Both the position numbers and the translations under genes were made by a program. A stretch of 45,674 nucleotides of DNA from positions 1 through 45,674 of the forward strand of contig SVSY01000003.1 in the NCBI GenBank assembly GCA_015064065.1, in the 5' to 3' direction. The first letter of the stretch is position 1, and each line of letters opens with the position of its first letter. The DNA is from Oscillospiraceae bacterium (GTDB taxonomy: Bacteria > Bacillota > Clostridia > Oscillospirales > CAG-272). The notes beneath the pieces were generated by a model. The model saw only the letters and a program-made list of their open reading frames with translations, was not told where the DNA came from and searched no databases. Shown here in pieces: positions 28,916 to 39,184 of the stretch.

Positions 28916-29653
28916 TTATTCGGTAACCGTTTTTTCGGGAACTGTTACAAATCTTATCGACTCGATAACGACGTCGGTCTTGGGCTTGTCGCTTGTGTTG
29001 GTAGCAACTCTTGCAATAGCGTCAACGACTTCAAAGCCGTATACTGTGTAGCCGAAGGTAGCGTATTTTCCGTCAAGGTCGGTCCTCGACTTGTGGCAGA
29101 TATAGAACTGCGAGGAGGCTGAGTCCATATTGCTTCCGCCGCGCGCCATAGCTATAACGCCCTGTCTGTGAGAAAGATTGTTCTCAAATCCGTTTTCGGA
29201 GAATTCTCCTCTTACGGTCTGTGCAGAGCCGCCGTATCCCGTTCCGAGCGGGTCGCCGCCCTGAATTACGAAATTCTTAATAACTCTGTGGAATATAAGA
29301 CCGTCGTAGAATTTTTCGCTGACCAGCTTTTTAAAGTTCTTTACGGTGAGAGGAGCAACGTCGGGGTAGAGTCTTATTACTATCTCACCAAAATCCTTGA
29401 CCGTTATCTTAACGTAGTCGGTCTCGGTAGCTGACTCGTTGATGCCGTAAAGTGTGTCGAGCTTGCTAAAATCAATGTCATCTGCCGCAGGCGCATCGTG
29501 AGGTGCCCAGGTCGGCTTTTCGGTAGGAGCTTCGGTCGCCGCCGTTGAACCGTTTGAGGAAGTAGTTTCGACGGGTACATCTTCGGTATTGCACGCAGTA
29601 AGCGTGAGTATGAGCATAATTGCTACGAGAATAAGCGATATTGTTTTTTTCAT
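28916..29653 (-). CDS. Cyclophilin-type peptidyl-prolyl isomerase lipoprotein
   Basis: Lipobox LTAC, FYDGLIFHRVIKNFVIQGGDP, SASSQFYI and LDGKYATFG. Start moved to 29653. Confidence 0.92.
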   Translation of the reverse strand: MKKTISLILVAIMLILTLTACNTEDVPVETTSSNGSTAATEAPTEKPTWAPHDAPAADDIDFSKLDTLYGINESATETDYVKITVKDFGEIVIRLYPDVAPLTVKNFKKLVSEKFYDGLIFHRVIKNFVIQGGDPLGTGYGGSAQTVRGEFSENGFENNLSHRQGVIAMARGGSNMDSASSQFYICHKSRTDLDGKYATFGYTVYGFEVVDAIARVATNTSDKPKTDVVIESIRFVTVPEKTVTE

Positions 29654-29770
29654 TTTGTAAACTCCGTTTCTTTGTACTTTAAAATATATTATAGCAGAAT
29701 ATACCCGCGTTGTCAATAGAAAGCGCTCAATAACATATGTTATGGCAAAAAAGGATATAATAAAAAGGGG

Positions 29771-30853
29771 GTGATGATTACGGATAATTGGCAAACACGT
29801 GCCGCAAAGCTTTTTTGTACGGTCATAGCGCTTATTGGGACGTATCTTATCGTTAAATACGTGCTTGTTGTGATACTTCCTTTTTTAGTCGCATTTGCTG
29901 CCGCACTGCCTATGAGTGCCCTCGCTAAAAAAGCTTCAGTTCGTTTTGGAGGAAAAGAGAAGGATTGGGCGGTGTTTGCTGTGGCAGGTCTTTGGACGGG
30001 CGTAGCCGTCGCCTTTTTCGCTTTTTTTAAGAAGCTTTGCGTTGAGGCTGTGGAACTTTTTGAATACTTTGGAGATAATATAGACTCCATAAGTGAGAGT
30101 ATACGGGCGATCTTCGAAAAAGTGCTATTTCTGCTTGAAAAATTACCGTTTATAAATCGGTTTATCGAAGGAGAGACGGGAGTTGAGCTTGGCAATATGC
30201 TAAAGACGATATTCGAAAGGGTACTCGAGTCCGTAGGAAGTGCAGCGGCTAAGGCTGTGAGTGCGCTTGCTTTGGGAACACCGAGATTTGCCGTCGGCTG
30301 TGTCGTGGCTGTCATATCGAGCTTCTATTTTTGTAAGGATATGCGGAAAATAAAGAGTTTTTTGTACGACCGTATACCAAGCTCCGTCAAAAAAAGAAGC
30401 AAATGGAGACCTAAGGATATAGCCAATGGGTTTAAGGGCTATGCCAAAGCTTATTTTAAACTTTATTTGGTAATATTTTTTACGGTTTTTGCGGGACTTT
30501 TATTGCTCGGCAGACAATACGCATTTGTTGTGGCTTTACTGCTCGCTTTTCTTGATATGCTACCCCTGATGAGCGCAGGGATATTGCTCGCCGTGTGGGG
30601 CGGCGTGCTCGTTTTGCAGGGAGCGACGGGCGCAGGCATCGGATTGATGGTACTCGCGATAATCGTATTCCTGATAAAGCAGATATGCGAAGCTAAATTT
30701 ATAGGCAAGGAGCTTGGCGTTCACCCGCTCGTCTCGCTCGCAGTAACTTATATAGGGTTACGAGTTTTTGGACTTTGGGGAATAGTGATATCTCCGATAA
30801 TGATATTTGTTACGGGAAAGTGGGGAAGTGAAATGCTGACTTCACAAAAATAG
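29771..30853 (+). CDS. AI-2E family / sporulation integral membrane protein YtvI-like
   Basis: Multi-TM protein with LPFLVAF, DMLP and EAKFIGKELGVHPL..GLWGIVISP. Confidence 0.8.
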   Translation: MMITDNWQTRAAKLFCTVIALIGTYLIVKYVLVVILPFLVAFAAALPMSALAKKASVRFGGKEKDWAVFAVAGLWTGVAVAFFAFFKKLCVEAVELFEYFGDNIDSISESIRAIFEKVLFLLEKLPFINRFIEGETGVELGNMLKTIFERVLESVGSAAAKAVSALALGTPRFAVGCVVAVISSFYFCKDMRKIKSFLYDRIPSSVKKRSKWRPKDIANGFKGYAKAYFKLYLVIFFTVFAGLLLLGRQYAFVVALLLAFLDMLPLMSAGILLAVWGGVLVLQGATGAGIGLMVLAIIVFLIKQICEAKFIGKELGVHPLVSLAVTYIGLRVFGLWGIVISPIMIFVTGKWGSEMLTSQK

Positions 30854-30981
30854 ATCTTCGAAATGATGGGTTGAAAATCATAGTCCGGCAAAAAAAGCTA
30901 AGCTTTTTGCCTGATATATAATATAATTGTGGTTTTTTTGTGATAAAAATTCAAAAAAGGTTCAAAAATATCAAAATTGAC

Positions 30982-31010
30982 TTGACAACGGCGAAAAATA
31001 GTGATATAAT
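30982..31010 (+). promoter_or_regulatory. Sigma-A promoter of the opp operon
   Basis: TTGACA-N17-TATAAT with TG. Leaves a leader of about 175 nt. Confidence 0.85.
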
Positions 31011-31190
31011 TGTTCCGTACGTTAGTATGGCGAACTGTATATTTGATAGAAAAGTAAATGGGGGGACCCCCATTTATGCTATGCACCTGCGGTGCATAGC
31101 ATAATATCACTGTCTGCTTTTCTTTGAAAATACGGTTTACAGCGGCGTATAGTACCATATCAAATTTAAAAATTTAAGGAGGCTTTTAAA

Positions 31191-33359
31191 ATGAGCAAAA
31201 AGGTACTTTCCATGTTGCTCGTTCTCTGCATGGTATTCGCATCTGTTGCAGCTCTCGCTTCTTGTTCTGAGAAGGAAGAAGAAGGCGCTAACAACGATAG
31301 AGTTGTAAATTATGCCGATCCTTACAAGGGAATTGAGGACAAAGAGGAACTCTACGCAAAAATCTATGAAGACACTCTCGGCGATTTCTTGAAGGCTTAC
31401 GAGGCTGCAAAGGCTGAGAAAAACGAGTCCAAGAAGTGGGCTATGATGGCAATTGCAGAGGCTAAGCTTCTCGCAAGTGGCGTTATGATGCCTACCAGCT
31501 CCAACGGCGGTAACTACGCTATCACCAGAGTAGCACCTAACACCGCTACTTCTACTCTTTGGGGCAACGACTCCTACAGATATCACGATGTAATCGTTGC
31601 TACCGAGCTTATTAAGGCTGAAGACAGAGCAGCTCTTAAGGCTAAGTGGGCAGAGCTTAAGGGAACCGGCGAATATGAGGCAGCAGCTAAGGCTTACCTC
31701 ACTGAGAAGGGTTACACTCTTAAGGATTCTTACACCCTCGCTTACACTTCCGACCCCTCTAACTGGGACGTTCTCGCTACCTCTAAGGCAGTTGACTCCG
31801 AGGCACTCGTAAATACCTATGACGGTCTTTATGAGTACGATATGGAGAACAGACTTATGCCTGCTCTTGCTGAGAGCTACACCGTTTCTGAGGACGGTCT
31901 CACCTATACATTCAAGATCCGTCAGGGTCTTAAGTGGGTTGACTCTCAGGGAAGAGAAGTTGCAGACGTTAAGGCTGACGACTTCGTTGCAGGTATGCAG
32001 CACATGATGGACGCTGCAGGCGGACTTGAGTATCTCGTTCAGGGCGTTATCAAGGGCGCTAACGACTACATCGGAAAGAAAGAGACCGACTTCACTAAGG
32101 TTGGTGTTGCCGCTCCCGACGATGCTACCCTCGTTTACACTCTCGAGGCTCCCGTTACTTACTTCATGACCATGCTTGGCTACGGCGTATTCGCTCCTAT
32201 GAGCAGAGAGTACTACGAGTCCAAGGGTGGTAAGTTTGGTGCAGCTTATGACTCTTCTGCAGAGTCCTACACCTACGCTAAGACTCCCGACGATATCGCA
32301 TACTGCGGACCTTACTGCATTACCAACAATACCGCTAAGAATACTATCGTATTCGAAGCTAACGAGAAGTATTGGGATGCAGAGAACATCAACGTTAAGA
32401 CCATCACTTGGAAGTACAACGACGGCGAAGAGGCTCTCAAGGGCTACAACGACGCTATCGCAGGTACTACCGACGGTTCCGGCCTCAACGCTTCTGCTGT
32501 TGTAAAGGCTAAGGAAGACAAGATCTTCGACACCTACTCCTACGTTTCTTCTACTGACGCTACTTCGTTTATGTCTTTCGTAAACGTTAACCGTGCAGCA
32601 TACGCAAACGTACAGGGCGGCGCTGTTAAGACTACTCTCGACGAGTACGAGCAGATCAGATCCAGAGCAGCTCTCAGAAACGTACACTTCCGCCGCGCTA
32701 TCGCATTCGCGATCGACAGAGGTTCTTACAATGCACAGTCTGTTGGCGAAGACCTCAAGTTCGCTTCTCTTATCAACTCCTACACACCCGGTACTTTCGT
32801 AACCCTTAAGGAAGACGTTACCGTTGCTATCAACGGAACCAACAAGACCTATAAGGCAGGTACCTACTACGGAGCTATTATGCAGGATCAGCTCGACGCT
32901 GACGGCGTAAAGATGAAGGTTTGGGATCCTAAGGCTGACGACGGAATCGGCGCAAGCTCCGGTTTCGATGGTTGGTACAATGTTGCTAACGCAGTTGAAG
33001 AGCTCAACATCGCTATCGAAGAGCTCGCAAAGCAGGGAATCGAGATAACCGCTGAGAATCCCATCGTTATCGAGATGCCTTACTTCAAGGGCAGCGAACT
33101 CAGAACCAATATGTCTAACGTTTACAAGCAGTCCATCGAGGCTTCTCTCGGCGGAAAGGTTAAGCTTAACCTCTGCGCAGCTGACACTGCAGACGATTGG
33201 TACTATGCCGGCTACGACACACTTTCCGGTGAAGAGGCTAACTACGACCTCTACGACGTTTCCGGTTGGGGACCTGACTACGGTGATCCTCAGACATACC
33301 TTGATACATTCTTGCCCGAATATGCAGGCTATATGGTCAAGTGCATCGGTATTTATTAA
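31191..33359 (+). CDS. oppA: Oligopeptide ABC substrate-binding lipoprotein (family 5, AmiA/AliA-like), apparently circularly permuted
   Basis: Lipobox LASC, PALAESYTVSEDGLTYTFKIR, DFVAG, YCGPY, FRRAIAFAIDR and GWGPDYGDP. Strong codon bias. Confidence 0.9.
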   Translation: MSKKVLSMLLVLCMVFASVAALASCSEKEEEGANNDRVVNYADPYKGIEDKEELYAKIYEDTLGDFLKAYEAAKAEKNESKKWAMMAIAEAKLLASGVMMPTSSNGGNYAITRVAPNTATSTLWGNDSYRYHDVIVATELIKAEDRAALKAKWAELKGTGEYEAAAKAYLTEKGYTLKDSYTLAYTSDPSNWDVLATSKAVDSEALVNTYDGLYEYDMENRLMPALAESYTVSEDGLTYTFKIRQGLKWVDSQGREVADVKADDFVAGMQHMMDAAGGLEYLVQGVIKGANDYIGKKETDFTKVGVAAPDDATLVYTLEAPVTYFMTMLGYGVFAPMSREYYESKGGKFGAAYDSSAESYTYAKTPDDIAYCGPYCITNNTAKNTIVFEANEKYWDAENINVKTITWKYNDGEEALKGYNDAIAGTTDGSGLNASAVVKAKEDKIFDTYSYVSSTDATSFMSFVNVNRAAYANVQGGAVKTTLDEYEQIRSRAALRNVHFRRAIAFAIDRGSYNAQSVGEDLKFASLINSYTPGTFVTLKEDVTVAINGTNKTYKAGTYYGAIMQDQLDADGVKMKVWDPKADDGIGASSGFDGWYNVANAVEELNIAIEELAKQGIEITAENPIVIEMPYFKGSELRTNMSNVYKQSIEASLGGKVKLNLCAADTADDWYYAGYDTLSGEEANYDLYDVSGWGPDYGDPQTYLDTFLPEYAGYMVKCIGIY

Positions 33360-33393
33360 TAAGTGCCTAACGCTTGAATAAATAAAGCTTACG

Positions 33394-33423
33394 GTAGAGG
33401 ATGGACTTACGTTCATCCTCTAC
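33394..33423 (+). other. Intercistronic hairpin oppA/oppB (mRNA stabiliser or partial terminator)
   Basis: GTAGAGGATGGAC-TTAC-GTTCATCCTCTAC with no U tract. Confidence 0.55.
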
Positions 33424-33445
33424 TCGTAGTTTAATGGAGATTGTT

Positions 33446-35023
33446 ATGACAAAATATTTATTGAGTAGAATCGTAAGAGGATTGATTTCAATAATTATAG
33501 TTGTTCTCATTGTCATGCTTCTTATATATTCCTGCTTAAACAAGGACATGATATTTGCACAGGACCCCACGTATACCAAGATGAAGAGTAACGCGAGAGA
33601 AATATACAAATATCGTCAGTGGGAGAGATATGGATATCTCGACCTCGTAGAGTATTCGGATTATCTTCAGGAATTGCTTGATGCTGGTGAAATAGACCAG
33701 ACTACCTATTCGGAAGCTGTTCTTCTCGGTATAGATGCAGGTGCAGCATACCCTGAGTATGACAAGTACGTGCAGCAGTTTACTGAAAAGTATGAAAGCG
33801 AAGGCTATAACATAGAAAAATTGCAGGCTGACAGAGCGGGCAGCAAGATAAAAGACGGAGGAAATCCGCAGCTCTTTGCTCAGAAGCCTATACCTCTTGC
33901 AAAGCGTGCCTGGACTTATTTCACGGGCATATTTACCTTTGACAATATTCACAAGGTAAAAGAGGACGTTGGAGAAAGAGGACTTTCCTTTACCTTCTTC
34001 GATCCTGCATATGGCGGAGAAAAGTTTTCTCCTGCAATAATGGGAAATGGAACGCAGCATAAATATCTGCTTTATTTCGATTCGCAGTTCCCATACGTTC
34101 ACCAGAATTTTGTAAGAATAAATCTGGGAGCATCCTACACTGTCAATAAAGGTATTGACGTGTTTAATACGATGACGGATTCGCAAGGTGCGTTTAAAAC
34201 TCAAATGATCACTTATCCCGCGGGACTAACAGAGGAAAGTGCGGATAATCTTCATACCGCCGTTTATGCGGAAGGATCCTTTAACGATTCGTCATCTGCT
34301 ATCATCAAAGACAGATTTGTTGATAATTATACCAACGTAGGAACCTATAAGAGCGGTTTCTCTAAGGTTGGATACTCCTTTATTATCGGTATCATCTCGG
34401 TAATAATGGCTTACGTTATAGCACTTCCTCTCGGAATGCTTATGGCGCGTAAGAAGGACAAGCTTATCGACAATCTCGGAACTATCTATATCGTATTTAT
34501 TATAGCAGTTCCGTCACTTGCGTACATCTTCTTGTTCAAGGCGATAGGAGGAAAGTTCGGATTACCGACGACCTTCGATATGACCGCACCGACGTGGACG
34601 ATGTACATTCTCCCGATTATTTCTTTGGCGTTGCCATCGATCGCAAACCTTATGAAATGGTTGCGTAGATATATGATCGACCAGATGAACTCCGACTACG
34701 TTAAGTTCGCACGTTCGGGCGGACTTTCGGAGGGCGAGATATTCAGAAAGCATATTCTGAAGAATGCGGCAATTCCGATAGTTCACGGAATTCCCGGAAG
34801 TGTGCTTGGCTCTCTCGTCGGTGCTATTATTACAGAGCGCGTTTACGTCGTTCCCGGTGCAGGTAACCTGCTTACAAACGCAATAAATGCGTATGATAAC
34901 GGTGTTATCGTCGGTGTAACTCTGTTCTATGCGTTGCTCTCGGTTGTTTCCGTAATGCTCGGAGATATCCTTATGTCTATAGTCGATCCCAGAATCTCGT
35001 TCAGTACTAAGAAAGGAAGGTAA
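33446..35023 (+). CDS. oppB: Oligopeptide ABC permease (AmiC-like, large extracytoplasmic domain)
   Basis: KYLLSRI, SDYVKFARSGGLSE (EAA loop), KHILKNA and DPRI. Confidence 0.9.
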   Translation: MTKYLLSRIVRGLISIIIVVLIVMLLIYSCLNKDMIFAQDPTYTKMKSNAREIYKYRQWERYGYLDLVEYSDYLQELLDAGEIDQTTYSEAVLLGIDAGAAYPEYDKYVQQFTEKYESEGYNIEKLQADRAGSKIKDGGNPQLFAQKPIPLAKRAWTYFTGIFTFDNIHKVKEDVGERGLSFTFFDPAYGGEKFSPAIMGNGTQHKYLLYFDSQFPYVHQNFVRINLGASYTVNKGIDVFNTMTDSQGAFKTQMITYPAGLTEESADNLHTAVYAEGSFNDSSSAIIKDRFVDNYTNVGTYKSGFSKVGYSFIIGIISVIMAYVIALPLGMLMARKKDKLIDNLGTIYIVFIIAVPSLAYIFLFKAIGGKFGLPTTFDMTAPTWTMYILPIISLALPSIANLMKWLRRYMIDQMNSDYVKFARSGGLSEGEIFRKHILKNAAIPIVHGIPGSVLGSLVGAIITERVYVVPGAGNLLTNAINAYDNGVIVGVTLFYALLSVVSVMLGDILMSIVDPRISFSTKKGR

Positions 35024-35028
35024 GACTC

Positions 35029-36018
35029 ATGGAAGAGAAATTGATAGATCTCGGCGAATTTAATATGTCTGATGATGAGCTTTTCTCGGTCGTTGATCAT
35101 GATATGCTTGCCTCTGAAAAAATAACTGCTCCGAGATATTCCTATTGGAAATCGGTTTTCCGTGTCTTCTTCAAGAAGAAGATAAATATAATCATTCTTT
35201 CACTTCTCGTAGTTCTTATTGCCTTTGCGTATATTTATCCGTTGGCAATAGGATACGATGCTGACGTTGATCCCTATATAAACCTTATGAACTCCGAGGC
35301 GAAGCACTTGGGTCCTAAGGCGGCGATGGATAAGTTCGGATATAATCTCCACTGGATACTCGGTTCGGGTGCCAGCGGTAACTCCACCTTCGACGCACTG
35401 TGGTACGGTTCGGGAATTTCTCTCTCGCTTGCACTTATATGCGCGGCTATCAATATGACGGTCGGTATATTAGTCGGCGCGGTTTGGGGATTCTCTAAAA
35501 AGGTCGATATTTTTATGACCGAGGTCTACAACGTCATAGCAAACGTTCCTTACATTCTCTTGATATCGGTGCTCGTGCTTATTATGTCGGCAAGCTTTTG
35601 GACGATGGTATTTGCACTTACCGTTACGGGATGGCTTGGAATTGCGTACTTTATTCGTACACAGGTAATTATTATAAGAGACAGAGAGTATAATCTCGCT
35701 TCGAGATGTCTCGGAACGCCTATTATGCGTATCGCGACTAAGAATATTCTCCCTTTTATGACCTCTGTAATAGTTACACTTCTTGCAACCGAGATACCTT
35801 CTTACATTTCCTATGAAGTATTCCTTTCCTACATTGGAATGGGTCTTTCGGATATGTCTCTCGGTAAGCTTATCGAAGCTGCACAGGTTGCGATGACAAC
35901 TCCCGGTTGGGAACTTGAATTCTGGGCACCCGTTGCAGTTGCTTCTATTATCGCAGTAGTTCTTTACGTCGTAGGACAGAATCTCGGTGACGCTTCCGAC
36001 CCGAGAACTCATATGTAA
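35029..36018 (+). CDS. oppC: Oligopeptide ABC permease
   Basis: YSYWKSVFR, REYNLASRCLG, FLSYIGMG and LGDASDPR. Confidence 0.9.
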   Translation: MEEKLIDLGEFNMSDDELFSVVDHDMLASEKITAPRYSYWKSVFRVFFKKKINIIILSLLVVLIAFAYIYPLAIGYDADVDPYINLMNSEAKHLGPKAAMDKFGYNLHWILGSGASGNSTFDALWYGSGISLSLALICAAINMTVGILVGAVWGFSKKVDIFMTEVYNVIANVPYILLISVLVLIMSASFWTMVFALTVTGWLGIAYFIRTQVIIIRDREYNLASRCLGTPIMRIATKNILPFMTSVIVTLLATEIPSYISYEVFLSYIGMGLSDMSLGKLIEAAQVAMTTPGWELEFWAPVAVASIIAVVLYVVGQNLGDASDPRTHM

Positions 36019-36030
36019 GAGGTGGCGAAA

Positions 36031-37779
36031 ATGGAAGATAAGAAGATATTACTGTCGGTCAGAAACCTTAGCGTTAAGTTCCGTGTAAGAGGAAGAATAC
36101 TTACCGCTATAAGAAACGTTTCTCTTGACCTTTATGAAAATGAATCGATCGCTATCGTTGGTGAGTCGGGTTCGGGTAAATCGGTATTTACCAAGACCTT
36201 TGCGGGTATGCTGGAAACCAACGGCTTTATCAGCGAAGGACAACTTATCTACAACGACGAAGAGCTTGACGATACCGTTGTTGCTATCGGTCCTTCCGAA
36301 AAACGCCGTATAGCGTCGATATGGAAGAAGCTTGACGATTATTCCAAACTTGAGGGCGGAGCAGAGATCTATAAGAAGATCGTCGCTCTCAAAGATGAGA
36401 ATAAGGCAAGATTTATTCTTAGTGAAGAAGAAAGCTTGAGAATTGATGATAAGCTCCACGAGCTTGTATTTAAGAAGACCGAGTTTTCCAACCTCAAGCA
36501 GACTCTCGATCGTTCTCAGGAAAAAGAACGCTTTGAGAGTGTTAAAACACAAATAGAGGAGCTTTCAGCGCAGATCGCGGCTCTTGAAAAAGAGAAAAAG
36601 GAGCTTGTTGCAAAGCATACCGCTGCGGCAAAGCAGGATAAAGCGTATAATGACAATTACAATGCTACGTTCGCACAGCTTTCAGCAGATTACAAGGTCG
36701 CTGTTTCCAAGGAGATAACGAGCGAAGTACACGAGCGCAACGGAATTCTTGCTAAGGAAATATATCTCTCTGTCGGTCGCTATGATCTCAATAAGAGACT
36801 TAAGTTTATTGGCAAGCTTTGTGATGCGCTTAAGGAAGCTATGCGTCAAGGACTTGATCTTAATGACGAGGACGTACGTAATGCTGTGTTTGATACGGTA
36901 GTATTCAGAGTAAAATATCTTGATGAAACTCCCGAACAGCTTCACGGCGTCTGCATACTCGACCTTGCAAAGATCCACTATCCTAAGGACTGGAACAAGA
37001 TCCGCGGCGGAAGAATTGCTACGGTATTCCAGGACCCGATGACCTCGCTTAACCCTATCATCACTATAGGTAAGCAGATCACCTCTATAATTCTTAAGCA
37101 CCAGAATTGCTCTGAGATCGAGGCTCGAAAGAGAGCTCTCGAGCTTATGAAGAAGGTTGGTATTCCTAACGCTGAAAACAGATTTGACGATTATCCTTTT
37201 CAGTACTCGGGCGGTATGAGACAGAGAATAGTTATCGCTATCGCACTCTCTTGCCAGCCGAAGATATTGATCTGCGACGAGCCTACTACTGCGCTTGACG
37301 TTACCATTCAGGCACAGATACTTAAGCTTATCAAGGATCTTCAGAAGGAATTCAATTATACCATCGTCTTTATCACACACGACCTTGGCGTAGTTGCAAA
37401 TATCGCAGACCGTGTTGCAGTTTTGTATGCGGGACAGATAGTTGAGCTCGGAACGGTAGAAGAGGTATTCTACGATCCTCGCCATCCGTACACGTGGGCG
37501 CTTCTTTCGTCGCTCCCTCAGCTTGCACAGCGTAATACTAAGCTTTACTCTATCTCCGGTACTCCGCCTTCTCTCTACAACGCGATCGTAGGAGATGCGT
37601 TTGCACCGAGAAATCCCCATTGCCTCAAGATCGATACGCTCAAGGAACCTCCGATGTTCCGCGTTACCGATACTCACTATGCAAAGACGTGGTTGCTTGA
37701 TCCCAGAGCTCCCAAGATAGAAAAGCCTGAGATCATTGAAGATATCCACGAGAAATTGCTTAAAACATTTAACATTTAA
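36031..37779 (+). CDS. oppD: Oligopeptide ABC ATPase with large helical insertion
   Basis: [34 protein letters not shown] and HPYT. About 230 extra aa after Walker A. Confidence 0.92.
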   Translation: MEDKKILLSVRNLSVKFRVRGRILTAIRNVSLDLYENESIAIVGESGSGKSVFTKTFAGMLETNGFISEGQLIYNDEELDDTVVAIGPSEKRRIASIWKKLDDYSKLEGGAEIYKKIVALKDENKARFILSEEESLRIDDKLHELVFKKTEFSNLKQTLDRSQEKERFESVKTQIEELSAQIAALEKEKKELVAKHTAAAKQDKAYNDNYNATFAQLSADYKVAVSKEITSEVHERNGILAKEIYLSVGRYDLNKRLKFIGKLCDALKEAMRQGLDLNDEDVRNAVFDTVVFRVKYLDETPEQLHGVCILDLAKIHYPKDWNKIRGGRIATVFQDPMTSLNPIITIGKQITSIILKHQNCSEIEARKRALELMKKVGIPNAENRFDDYPFQYSGGMRQRIVIAIALSCQPKILICDEPTTALDVTIQAQILKLIKDLQKEFNYTIVFITHDLGVVANIADRVAVLYAGQIVELGTVEEVFYDPRHPYTWALLSSLPQLAQRNTKLYSISGTPPSLYNAIVGDAFAPRNPHCLKIDTLKEPPMFRVTDTHYAKTWLLDPRAPKIEKPEIIEDIHEKLLKTFNI

Positions 37780-37792
37780 GGAGGGCGTTACT

Positions 37793-39121
37793 TTGGCTAA
37801 GACTGAAAAGAATACTAAGAACGAGCGCCGCTCCAAGCTTTTACCTGAACATGGACCTATCGACGCACAGGGCAGAGAGGTGCTCCTCTCGCTCAAAAAC
37901 GTTGATATCACCTTTGGTAAGGGCGACAATGCAGTAAGAGCTGTAAAAAATGCAAGCTTTGATATCTACAAGGGAGAGACTTTCTCGCTTGTTGGAGAAT
38001 CGGGCTCGGGTAAAACCACAATCGGACGTGCGGTTATCCGCGTTAACCCTTGTGCAGCAGGTGAAATACAGTACAAGGGTAAGAAGATATCAGGTAAGCT
38101 CTCAAGAGCACTCGATAAAGAGGTCATTCGAAATATCCAGATGATATTCCAGGACCCCGCCGCTTCTCTTAACGAGCGTGCAACGGTAGATTATATCGTT
38201 TCCGAGGGACTTTACAACTTCCACCTTTTTGAGAACGAGGCGGACAGAGTTGCAAAGGTAGAAAAGATGATGGAAGAGGTCGGACTTCTTCCCGAGCACC
38301 TTACGCGTTATCCTCACGAATTTTCAGGCGGGCAGAGACAGAGAATAGGTATCGCAAGAGCAATGGTAATGGAGCCTGAGCTTGTAGTTGCGGACGAGCC
38401 TATCTCTGCACTCGACGTTTCAATTCGTGCGCAGGTGCTCAATCTTCTCAAAAAGTTCCAGAAGGAAAGACAGGTAACCTATCTCTTTATTGCACACGAC
38501 CTTTCGATAGTAAGATTTATTTCGGATAGAATAGGCGTTATCTATAAGGGCGATATCGTCGAGGTGGCTGAAGCAGAAGAACTCTTCAACTATCCGCTTC
38601 ATCCCTACACGCGTTCGCTTATTTCGGCTATTCCGATTCCCGATCCTAAGCTTGAAAAGAACAAAGTCCTCTTTACCTACGATCCTACCGTTCACGACTA
38701 CAGCGTGAATAAGCCTCAGCTTGCCGATATCGGAAACGATCACTACGTTTTCGGTAACGAGGAAGAGCTTGCGGAGTATCGCAGAATAAGAGAGAGCGGA
38801 GTTCCGCTTAAGTCTATTACTATTGCAGATCCTTCTGATGTCAAGACCGAGACGGTAGGAACAGAGCCTGATACAGAGTCTGTTGAGACCGAGAGCAATG
38901 AGTTTGCGCTTGTTAATCCGATACACGATACCGGAAGCAAGCTTTACACGTTCCTCTCCTTCCTTCTCCCCGTACTTGGACTTCCTGCGTCCTTTATATT
39001 CAAGCACTATAAGCACTTGAAAAATGCAAAGGCTTGCTTGAAGGGTGCGATAGCAGGATTTTCAACGCTCGGAGCAATATTGGTAATATTCCTGTTGCTT
39101 ATACTTATAGCACTTATATGA
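37793..39121 (+). CDS. oppF: Oligopeptide ABC ATPase with C-terminal membrane hairpin
   Basis: [33 protein letters not shown] and HPYT. TTG start behind AAGGAGG; hydrophobic tail. Confidence 0.92.
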   Translation: MAKTEKNTKNERRSKLLPEHGPIDAQGREVLLSLKNVDITFGKGDNAVRAVKNASFDIYKGETFSLVGESGSGKTTIGRAVIRVNPCAAGEIQYKGKKISGKLSRALDKEVIRNIQMIFQDPAASLNERATVDYIVSEGLYNFHLFENEADRVAKVEKMMEEVGLLPEHLTRYPHEFSGGQRQRIGIARAMVMEPELVVADEPISALDVSIRAQVLNLLKKFQKERQVTYLFIAHDLSIVRFISDRIGVIYKGDIVEVAEAEELFNYPLHPYTRSLISAIPIPDPKLEKNKVLFTYDPTVHDYSVNKPQLADIGNDHYVFGNEEELAEYRRIRESGVPLKSITIADPSDVKTETVGTEPDTESVETESNEFALVNPIHDTGSKLYTFLSFLLPVLGLPASFIFKHYKHLKNAKACLKGAIAGFSTLGAILVIFLLLILIALI

Positions 39122-39184
39122 CCTTAAAATACCGCATGGCTCGTACTCGGGTCATGCGGTAGAAAAAATTTTGGGGGTATGTAG

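Noticed and set aside
31137-33416. 759-aa antisense ORF over oppA
   Set aside because: Shadow of a strongly codon-biased gene; no RBS or recognisable motifs.
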